From positions 6,742 through 70,741 of the forward strand of contig DATBHM010000065.1 of the NCBI GenBank assembly GCA_036557505.1: a stretch of DNA of 64,000 nt, in the 5' to 3' direction. Origin of the DNA: Actinomycetota bacterium (GTDB taxonomy: Bacteria > Actinomycetota > UBA4738 > JACQTL01). Within the stretch, counting starts at the first letter, position 1. Each line of letters begins with the position of its first letter. The notes under the pieces were generated by a model. It saw only the letters and a program-made list of their open reading frames with translations. It searched no databases and was not told where the DNA came from. The translations under genes and the position numbers were made by a program. Below are positions 1 through 7,634 of the stretch, piece by piece.

Positions 1-359
1 CGTGGATCGCGTCCTGGTCATTCGTCGTGCGAGGGCCTGGTCGTTCGTCGTTCGGGGCGGCCGTGAACACCCGGTCCGTCGGCGCGTCGTCCAAGGAGCG
101 CTGGCCCGTGTGCACCACGTCGCCGCCCACCTGCACCTTCACGCGGATGTGGACCGTTCGGCCCTGGTACCGGCCGGGGTAGATCGTGCGGATGGCGACC
201 CTCCCGGCAGCGTCGGTGATCTGGCCGTCCCGAAGGAACGTCGTGCTCGACGCGCCGCCGCCGAACCCCGAGTGGTCGCCGGCGGCGCCCATCATGGCGA
301 TGGCCCGACGGCTGGTGACTGGTCGTTCGCGATCGGTCATCGGTCGGTCCCTCGGGACA

Positions 360-2438
360 TCATGTCGCAGGCTGCGTGAGGTCGTAGACGGTCACGCCGC
401 CGACGCTTCGCGAGTCGAAGTTCGACTGCACCCACGCGGCGATCGCGCTGCTCGAGCGGCTCCCGCCCATCTGGCCGCCGAACCCGCCGGCGCCGATGAA
501 CCAGTGGATGCGTCCGGCGTGGACCATGGCCTCGAACTGCGCGAGGGTGGGGTACGGGTCGCTGCCGTTGAACCCGCCGACGGCGAGGATCGGTTCGTCC
601 GAGCCGAGCTGCAGGCCGGCCGCGCCGTTCGACCCGACGGTCGCCGCCGCCCAGTCGTACACGCCCGCGTCCTGCCGGAGCAGCTTGACCAGTGCCGCGC
701 TCGGCGTGCCGGCGTCGAGCAGCCCGCCGAGGCCGCCCCGGCCGCCGCCGGCTCCCCCGAACCCGGGGAACCGTCCGGATCCGCCCGGGAACGTCGAGCC
801 GCCGCCGAACCCGGGGGGCGCGCCCGGGAATCCGCCGCTCGGGAACCCGTTCCCACCGCCCGGGAACGCGCCGCCCCCGACCCCACCCGGCCTGCCGAAC
901 CCGCCCGGCCCGAAGCCGCCGGCGACCGCCGGGCCGGCAGACGGGATCGCGCCGGTGTGCGCCGTCGTGGCCGTGTCGACCGCGAACGCCGCCGGTCCGG
1001 CGAGGCCCGCGACGAGGGCCGCAACCACCACCGGCACGGCAATCAGCCGGGGCGCGCGGCGGTTCGACGCGAGCAGCCCGACGATCGCGACCGCGCCGGC
1101 CACCGCCACCAGCGTGCGCACCCACGGCAGCCAGGAGGGGCTCCGGTCGAGCAGGACGAAGGACCACACCGCGGTCGCCCCGACCGCCACGGCCGGGACG
1201 ACCCGGGCCGCGACGCGGTCGCGGTTCCGCCACATCGTCACGCCGCCGATCCCGACGAGCGCCCCGATCGCCGGCGCCAGGGCCACTGTGTAGTACGGGT
1301 GGATGATGCCCTGCGCGAAGCTGAACACCAGCCCGGTCACGACCAGCCATGATCCCCACAACAGCACGGCGGCGCGCCTGCGGTCGGTCCGCGGCGCCCG
1401 GCGCGAGAACCACAGCAGCGCGACCATCGAGATCAGCGCGGCCGGGATCAGCCAGGCCACCTGCCCGCCGAACTGTGAGTTGAACATCCGGGTCCAGCCG
1501 GTCGGCCCCCACATGCCCGTGCCGCCACCGCCGCCGACGCTCCCCGTCTCGTTCCCGGAGAGCCGCCCGAGCCCGTTGTAGCCGAAGATCAGCTCGAGCA
1601 CGCTGTTGTGTTGGGACCCCCCGATGTACGGCCGCGCGGACGCCGGCCACGCAGTGACGATCGCCACCCACCAGCCGGCCGCCGCGATCATGGCCAGGCC
1701 CGCGAGCAGCGTCTGCCACAGGCGGCGGCGCAGGCTCGCCGGCGCCGCTACCAAGTAGACCAGCGCGAACCCGGGCACGACGACGAACGCCTGCAGCATC
1801 TTGGCCAGGAAGGCGAACCCCACCAGCGCCCCGGCCAGCACCAGCCACCCCGTCCGGGCGCCTTCGAGCGACCGTGTCAGCACGTAGGCCGCGGCGACCA
1901 GGAGCAGCACCAGCAGCGCGTCCGGGTTGTTGAACCGGAACATCAGCACCGCCACCGGCGTGAGCGCCATCACGGCTCCGGCCATCAGCGCGGGGGCGGC
2001 CGAGAAGTGCCGCCGCACCGTCGCGTACAGCAACCCCACGGCCGCGACGCCCTCGAGCGCCTGGGGCACCAGGATGCTCCACGAGCTCACACCGAACACC
2101 CGGGCGGAGAGCTCCAAGATCCACAGCGATGCGGGCGGTTTGTCGACCGTGATGGCGTTCGACCAGTCGAACGACCCGAAGAAGAACGCCTTCCACGACT
2201 TCGTCCCGGCCTGGACGGCGGCGGAGTAGAAGCTGTTCGCCCACCGGGACGACCCGAGGTCCCACAGGTAGAGCAGGGCGGTGAGCCCGAGGAGCGCGAC
2301 CAGGGCCGGGCGGGCCCACGCCGGGTCGTCCGGCCGCCCGCGCACCGCCCGGCGCCACCATGGGTCTGGGGCGACCGGCGCGGGCGGCGTCGGAGCAGGC
2401 GGCTGCTGCTCGACGCGATCGGTGACGACGGCGTTCAT
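360..2438 (-). CDS. GT-C fold integral-membrane glycosyltransferase, GT39/PMT_2 family (Pmt/ArnT-like), with a Gly-rich C-terminal extension
   Basis: The 692-aa product is read from the ATG at 2438, which is in frame with the longer 360..3503 ORF. It has a multi-TM N-terminal half with a FDWSNAITVDKPP loop motif typical of PMT_2/ArnT-type transferases. A low-complexity GGFGPGGFG... block precedes a globular C-terminal domain. The start overlaps the upstream stop as ATGA. Confidence 0.7.
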   Translation of the reverse strand: MNAVVTDRVEQQPPAPTPPAPVAPDPWWRRAVRGRPDDPAWARPALVALLGLTALLYLWDLGSSRWANSFYSAAVQAGTKSWKAFFFGSFDWSNAITVDKPPASLWILELSARVFGVSSWSILVPQALEGVAAVGLLYATVRRHFSAAPALMAGAVMALTPVAVLMFRFNNPDALLVLLLVAAAYVLTRSLEGARTGWLVLAGALVGFAFLAKMLQAFVVVPGFALVYLVAAPASLRRRLWQTLLAGLAMIAAAGWWVAIVTAWPASARPYIGGSQHNSVLELIFGYNGLGRLSGNETGSVGGGGGTGMWGPTGWTRMFNSQFGGQVAWLIPAALISMVALLWFSRRAPRTDRRRAAVLLWGSWLVVTGLVFSFAQGIIHPYYTVALAPAIGALVGIGGVTMWRNRDRVAARVVPAVAVGATAVWSFVLLDRSPSWLPWVRTLVAVAGAVAIVGLLASNRRAPRLIAVPVVVAALVAGLAGPAAFAVDTATTAHTGAIPSAGPAVAGGFGPGGFGRPGGVGGGAFPGGGNGFPSGGFPGAPPGFGGGSTFPGGSGRFPGFGGAGGGRGGLGGLLDAGTPSAALVKLLRQDAGVYDWAAATVGSNGAAGLQLGSDEPILAVGGFNGSDPYPTLAQFEAMVHAGRIHWFIGAGGFGGQMGGSRSSSAIAAWVQSNFDSRSVGGVTVYDLTQPAT

Positions 2439-3730
2439 GCCTCGCTCCCCTCGGTTGCCGCAATGGCGGCCGCCGGCTCGGGAGCGCGCCGATGGGCCCG
2501 GAACACCCACGTCCGCAGCAGGCCGAACCGAACGACCGTCGCGGCGAGGTTCGCGGCGACCAGCACGGCCAGCTCCACCGAACGGGCGGGCGACGGGTCG
2601 ATCGCCCGGAGGGCGGCCAGCGAGCCGGTCGTCATCGCGAGGGCGGCGCCGAACAGCAGCAGCCCCCGGGTGTGGTGCCGCCCGAGCGCATCGAACCCCC
2701 GCACGCCGAACGTCCAGCGCCGGTTCGCCGCGGTGTTCGCCACGGCGGTCACCAGCAGGCTGACCGCGTTCGCCGCGAGCGCCGGCAGCACCGTCCGCAA
2801 TCCGAGGAACAGCGCCAGGTAGGCCACCGTGCTCGCCACGCCGATCGCCGCGAACCGCACCACCTGTCCGACGAAGCCCGGTGCCCGCGACGTCACGGGC
2901 GGCCCATGAAGCTCCTCCCGCAGGGCGGCGACCGGGATGCTCCCGGTCGCGAGCCCCCGGGCCAGGCGGGCGACGCCCCTGAGGTCGGCCAGCGCCGTCG
3001 AGACGATGTCCACGCGCGAGTCCGGGTCGTCCACCCAGTCCACCGGGACCTCGTGGATCCGCAAGCCGGCGCGCTCGGCCAGCACGAGCAGCTCCGTGTC
3101 GAAGAACCACCCCGTGTCGTGCACCAGCGGCAGCAGCGACCGGGCGCGATCCGCGCGGATGGCCTTGAAGCCGCACTGCGCGTCGGAGAACCGCGCCGAG
3201 AGCGCCGTCCTGAGCAGGCGGTTGTAGCAGCGCGAGATCAGCTCGCGCTTCGGCCCCCGCACGACCCTCGCCGATCGGGACAGCCGCGAGCCGATCGCCA
3301 GGTCGCTGTGTCCGGACAGCAGCGGGGCCACCAGCGGGAGCAGGGCGGCGAGGTCGGTCGACAGGTCGACGTCCATGTAGGCGAGGACGGTCGCGTCGCT
3401 CGCCGACCACACGGCGTGGAGGGCATGACCCCGGCCCTTCTGGTCGAGGTGGACGGCCCGGACGCCCGGCAGGCCGTCGGCCAGCGACCTGGCGATGTCC
3501 CACGTCCCGTCCGTGCTCGCGTTGTCCGCGATCGTGATCCGGAACGTAAAGGGGAACGAGGTCCGCAGAAACGAGTGCAGGAGCCGGATGCTGCGGGCGA
3601 GGTCCGCCTCCTCGTCGAACACCGGGACCACGATCTCGAGGTCCGGGCCCGCGAGCACTTGGAGCCCGTTCGCATGGGATTCGGCTCGGGACCTGATCCC
3701 GGGAGTGGTTCGTGCCGTCGTCGTCATCAT
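2435..3730 (-). CDS. GT2 polyprenyl-phosphate sugar synthase (Ppm1/GtrB/ArnC-like) fused to a C-terminal GtrA-like 4-TM domain
   Basis: The ATGATG start is at 3730. The N-terminal half has a GT2 fold with IVVPVFDEE, ITIADNASTDGT and a DVDLS (DxD) motif. The C-terminal roughly 120 aa are hydrophobic and GtrA-like (RFAAIGVASTVAYLALF...). The stop overlaps the start of the downstream GT-C gene. Confidence 0.75.
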   Translation of the reverse strand: MMTTTARTTPGIRSRAESHANGLQVLAGPDLEIVVPVFDEEADLARSIRLLHSFLRTSFPFTFRITIADNASTDGTWDIARSLADGLPGVRAVHLDQKGRGHALHAVWSASDATVLAYMDVDLSTDLAALLPLVAPLLSGHSDLAIGSRLSRSARVVRGPKRELISRCYNRLLRTALSARFSDAQCGFKAIRADRARSLLPLVHDTGWFFDTELLVLAERAGLRIHEVPVDWVDDPDSRVDIVSTALADLRGVARLARGLATGSIPVAALREELHGPPVTSRAPGFVGQVVRFAAIGVASTVAYLALFLGLRTVLPALAANAVSLLVTAVANTAANRRWTFGVRGFDALGRHHTRGLLLFGAALAMTTGSLAALRAIDPSPARSVELAVLVAANLAATVVRFGLLRTWVFRAHRRAPEPAAAIAATEGSEA

Positions 3731-5756
3731 GCGGGCAACGTTCGCGCCCCCCGCTTGGATGGGGCTGTGGCGATCCTTGGAGGTTCCTGCGAGCCGAGCT
3801 CCCCGGGGTCGTTTCCTACCGGGGAGTAGGATCTCGGCCGTGGCGGGGAAGCGTCGTCCGCAGCGCGACCTGACCGGGGTGCTGGCGGCGCTCGCGCGCG
3901 GAGTGCTCGGCGAGGGGTATGTCGACGAGGTCCCCGGCCGGATGCGGGCCAAGCTCGACGACCTCCCGGCGCCGGTGTCGAGGCAGCTGACCCGGGTGCT
4001 CGCCACGCTCGACACCCCGGCCGGCGCGCTGGCGCTCGCCGGCTCGAGAACACCCGTGACAACGCTGTCTCCCGACCGGGCCGAACGCGTGGTCCGCGGA
4101 TGGCTGCGGAGCCGCGTTGCCGCGAAGCGGCAGCTGGCCAAGGCGATCGTCGCGCTCGCGACGGCCGCCCTGTACGGGTTCCCCGGCGAGGAGTGGTCGC
4201 GGATCGGCTACCCCGGCCCACTGGGGACCGTCGAGCCCGCCGAGCCGCCGGCGCTGCGCCTCCTCGACATCACCGAGCCCGAGGAGCTCCGGTGCGACGT
4301 CGTGATCGTGGGTTCCGGCGCCGGCGGGGGCTGTGTGGCCGCCGGTCTCGCCCGGGCCGGCCTCGACGTGGTCGTGCTGGAGAAGGGCGGCATGCGGACC
4401 GAGGCCAGCTTCGACCACCTCGAGTCGGGCGCCGTCTCCGACATGTATCTGTACGGCGCGGCGCTCACGACGACCGATCTCGGGGTGCTGATCGTCGCCG
4501 GGTCGACGCTCGGCGGAGGGACGGTCGTGAACTACGCCACCTCGTTCCACACGCCCGACGACGTGCTCGACGAGTGGACGAGGCAGACCGGGATCCGGGC
4601 GTTCTCCGACGGCGAGTTCGCCGAGTCCCTCGCCGAGGTGGCCACGCGCGTCGACGTGAACACCGGGTCGGCCGCGCCCGGCCGCCGCGACGAGCTGATG
4701 GAGGAGGGGCTCCAGAAGCTGGGGTGGGACGTCGACGTCCTGCCGCGTGCGGTGCGTGGGTGCACCCAGGACGACCAGTGCGGGTACTGCGGGTTCGGCT
4801 GCCGGGCCGGGGCCAAGCAGTCGACCACCCGGACGTACCTCCAGGACGCCTCGGCGGCCGGCGCCCGGATCGTCGTCCATGCCGACGTGCGGAAGGTATT
4901 CGTCCGCGACGGGAATGCGCACGGCGTCGGCGCATACGTGAACGGCCACCAGGTCCACGTCCGGGCCAGGGCCGTCGTCGCGGCCGGTGGAGCGATCGAG
5001 ACGCCGGCCCTGCTGCTGCGGTCGGGACTGGGCGGCGAGGTGGGCAGACATCTCCATCTTCATCCGGGGTTCGCGACGTTCGGGGTATTCGACGAGGACG
5101 TCCGGATGTGGACGGGGACCCTCCAGGCGCGGTACTCGCGCCACCTGCGTGATCGGGACGGCGGCTACGGGCCCATCTTCGAGACGGTGCCGATCCACCC
5201 CGGGCTGGGATCGGGCGCGATGCCGTGGGTGTCGGCGGCCCAGCACCGGGAGCTGATGGGGACCTTCTCCCGGCTGGGGTTCTGCGCCGTCCTCCCGCGC
5301 GACCGGAGCGAGGGACGGATCACGGTGGGCCGGGACGGTTCGCCGGTGGTCCGGTACCGCCTGGTCCCGGACGACGAACGCCGCATCGTCGACGGGCTGG
5401 TCGCCGCCGGGCAGATCATGGAGGCAGCCGGCGCCCACGAGCTGTTCACACTGCACGCGCCCCCGCTCTCGTACCGGCCGGGGCCGGGCGCGCGCGAGCG
5501 GTGGGCCGAGGAGCTCAGTTCGATCGGCCTCCGCGGCAAGGTCACCGGGGTCTCGTTCCACCAGATGGGCTCGTGCCGGATGGGCAGCGACCGGACGACC
5601 TCGGCCATCGGGCCGGACAACGAGACGCACGAGGTGCGCAACCTGTTCGTGGCCGACGCGTCGGCGTTCCCGACCGCATCGGGCGTCAACCCGATGCTCA
5701 CCGTCTACGGCATCGCCAACCGGGCGGCCGGGAAGATCGCCGCGCGCCTGGCCTGA
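3729..5756 (+). CDS. GMC-family FAD-dependent oxidoreductase (long-chain alcohol oxidase-like) with a roughly 190-aa N-terminal extension
   Basis: It has a VVIVGSGAGGGCVAAGLARAGLDVVVLEKGG FAD-binding Rossmann motif and a C-terminal GMC region (HQMGSCRMG). The ORF track opens at 3495, but the first ATG not inside the divergent gene is at 3729, so the start is uncertain. Confidence 0.65.
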   Translation: MRATFAPPAWMGLWRSLEVPASRAPRGRFLPGSRISAVAGKRRPQRDLTGVLAALARGVLGEGYVDEVPGRMRAKLDDLPAPVSRQLTRVLATLDTPAGALALAGSRTPVTTLSPDRAERVVRGWLRSRVAAKRQLAKAIVALATAALYGFPGEEWSRIGYPGPLGTVEPAEPPALRLLDITEPEELRCDVVIVGSGAGGGCVAAGLARAGLDVVVLEKGGMRTEASFDHLESGAVSDMYLYGAALTTTDLGVLIVAGSTLGGGTVVNYATSFHTPDDVLDEWTRQTGIRAFSDGEFAESLAEVATRVDVNTGSAAPGRRDELMEEGLQKLGWDVDVLPRAVRGCTQDDQCGYCGFGCRAGAKQSTTRTYLQDASAAGARIVVHADVRKVFVRDGNAHGVGAYVNGHQVHVRARAVVAAGGAIETPALLLRSGLGGEVGRHLHLHPGFATFGVFDEDVRMWTGTLQARYSRHLRDRDGGYGPIFETVPIHPGLGSGAMPWVSAAQHRELMGTFSRLGFCAVLPRDRSEGRITVGRDGSPVVRYRLVPDDERRIVDGLVAAGQIMEAAGAHELFTLHAPPLSYRPGPGARERWAEELSSIGLRGKVTGVSFHQMGSCRMGSDRTTSAIGPDNETHEVRNLFVADASAFPTASGVNPMLTVYGIANRAAGKIAARLA

Positions 5757-5888
5757 TCGATGCCGACGTCCGTCCGCCGTTCGGGGGACACGCGCCGTCG
5801 GCCCTAGTCCGGTTGCAGGTGCACGTTCCTCCCCCGCGCGCGCGGCGCGTTCGATCCAATCGGTGGATGAATTCGACCCCGACGCCCG

Positions 5889-7586
5889 ATGAGCGGCTCA
5901 CCTAAGTCCCCGATAGTTCTCGGTAGGCGCCCGAGGTACGCGCGGACACCAGGGAGACTGAGCGACGTGAACGACATCGAGACCACACGGGCCGCAGCGA
6001 CCCTCGCCGCGGCGCGCCCGCACCGATCGGGACGACGGCTCGTCCGTCGTGTGGCCGCCACGACGGTGGCGAGCGCCGTGCTCGTCGTCTCCGGCATCGC
6101 CGTGGCTGCCACGCCGGCGGGGGCCTCGACGTACGACCCCGCCGGCGACATGAACTCGATGTACAACACCACGCGGTACATGGGCGCGGCCGACTGGTGG
6201 GACGCCGGCGCCACGGGTGCGGGCGTCGACGTCGCCCTCATCGACACGGGGGTCACGCCGGTTCCGGGTCTGGACGGACCCGACAAGATCATCTACGGGC
6301 CGGACCTGTCGCTCGAGTCGCAGGCGCCCAACCTCACGAGGCTCGACGCCAACGGGCACGGCACGTTCATGGCCGGTCTGATCGCCGGCCACGACTCGAC
6401 CCTCACGGCCCCCTACTCGAGCGCACCCGCCTCCGCGTACCGGGGCGTCGCGCCGGACGCGAGGATCGTGAGTGTGAAGGTGGGCGACGCCAACGGGGCG
6501 GTCGACGTGTCCCAGGTCATCGCGGCGATCAACTGGGTCGTCCAGCACCGCCACGACGACGGATTGAACATCCGGGTCCTCAACCTGTCCTTCGGTACGA
6601 ACGGGGTCCAGCACTACCTCCTGGACCCGCTCGCCTTCGCCGCGGAGCAGGCCTGGCGGAAGGGGATCGTGGTTGTGGCCGCCGGCGGCAACCTCGGGTT
6701 CCAGAGCGAGGACGACGATGCCCCGGCGCTGGCGGATCCGGCGTTCGACCCCACCCTGCTCGCGGTGGGGTCGTCGGACTCCATGGGCACCGCGAGCATG
6801 GCGGACGACCGGGTCGCGTCGTTCTCCCCGTGGCCCAGCCGCCTGCTCACGAGGGGCGTGGACCTCCTCGCCCCCGGCGCCCACCTCCAGGGCCTTCGGG
6901 TCCCGGGGTCGTACATCGATCAGAAGAACCCCGGCGGAGCGATCGACGCCCGGTACTTCCGCGGGAGCGGGACGTCCGAGTCAACGGCCCTGGTGTCCGG
7001 AGCCGCCGCCCTGATCCTGCAGAAGTACCCGGACGCCACCCCCGATCAGGTCAAGCGGCTGCTGATGAGCACGGGCTACCGCGTGAGCGGCCCCCCGCAG
7101 GCCATCGGGGGCGGTGAGCTCCGGCTCGACGAGGCACTGGACACCCCGCTGCCCCGCTGGACCCAGCACGCCCTCCCGGCCCTGGGGATCGGATCGCTCG
7201 AGGGTTCGCGCGGCGAGAACCACCTGATCGACGACGGCGTCGTCCTGCGCGGCGATCAGGACATCTTCGGCCACCCCTACCGGCCCCTGGCGATGGCCCT
7301 CCGAATGGCGGCCGGGAACACCTGGTCGGGCGGGATCTGGAACGGCAACACCTGGTCCGGCAACACCTGGTCGGGCAACACGTGGAGCGGCGCCGTCTGG
7401 TCCGGGGACTCCTGGTCGGGCAACACGTGGTCCGGCAACACCTGGTCCGGCAACACCTGGTCCGGGAACACCTGGTCGGGCAACACGTGGTCCGGGAACA
7501 CGTGGTCGGGCAACACGTGGAGCGGGAACTCGTGGTCCACGACCGTCTGGGCCGGCGATTCCTGGCAGGGCGCCACCTGGGGCTGA
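5889..7586 (+). CDS. Secreted subtilisin-like serine peptidase (S8 family) with a C-terminal Trp-rich pentapeptide-repeat tail
   Basis: The catalytic triad context is present: DTGVTP (Asp), NGHGTFMAGLIAG (His) and GTSESTALVSGAAAL (Ser). The N-terminus has a Tat/Sec-like signal (SGRRLVRR followed by a hydrophobic stretch). An alternative GTG start lies at 5967. Confidence 0.8.
   Translation: MSGSPKSPIVLGRRPRYARTPGRLSDVNDIETTRAAATLAAARPHRSGRRLVRRVAATTVASAVLVVSGIAVAATPAGASTYDPAGDMNSMYNTTRYMGAADWWDAGATGAGVDVALIDTGVTPVPGLDGPDKIIYGPDLSLESQAPNLTRLDANGHGTFMAGLIAGHDSTLTAPYSSAPASAYRGVAPDARIVSVKVGDANGAVDVSQVIAAINWVVQHRHDDGLNIRVLNLSFGTNGVQHYLLDPLAFAAEQAWRKGIVVVAAGGNLGFQSEDDDAPALADPAFDPTLLAVGSSDSMGTASMADDRVASFSPWPSRLLTRGVDLLAPGAHLQGLRVPGSYIDQKNPGGAIDARYFRGSGTSESTALVSGAAALILQKYPDATPDQVKRLLMSTGYRVSGPPQAIGGGELRLDEALDTPLPRWTQHALPALGIGSLEGSRGENHLIDDGVVLRGDQDIFGHPYRPLAMALRMAAGNTWSGGIWNGNTWSGNTWSGNTWSGAVWSGDSWSGNTWSGNTWSGNTWSGNTWSGNTWSGNTWSGNTWSGNSWSTTVWAGDSWQGATWG
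7313..7577 (+). repeat. 15-bp coding tandem repeat of about 17 units (consensus aacacctggtccggc) encoding (G)NTWSG pentapeptide repeats
   Basis: This is a direct read of the sequence. The translation is GNTWSGGIWNGNTWSGNTWSGNTWSGAVWSGDSWSGNTWSG...NSWSTTVWAGDSWQGATWG. Confidence 0.85.
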
Positions 7587-7634
7587 GCCGGCCGCGGCGT
7601 TCGGCCGCCTCGAGATCGATGACGGAGAAGGGTC

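Noticed and set aside
337-2463. A 708-aa Arg/Gly-rich ORF on the minus strand, and the 388-aa and 265-aa plus-strand ORFs at 186-1352.
   Set aside because: They are alternate-frame or opposite-strand shadows of the GT-C glycosyltransferase gene. The composition is low-complexity Arg/Pro/Gly, typical of out-of-frame translation of high-GC coding DNA, with no domain signatures.
7313-7577. The possibility that the regular 15-bp repeat array is a CRISPR or minisatellite locus.
   Set aside because: The units are contiguous with no spacers and are only 15 bp long. They lie in frame inside a peptidase ORF and encode a coherent pentapeptide repeat.
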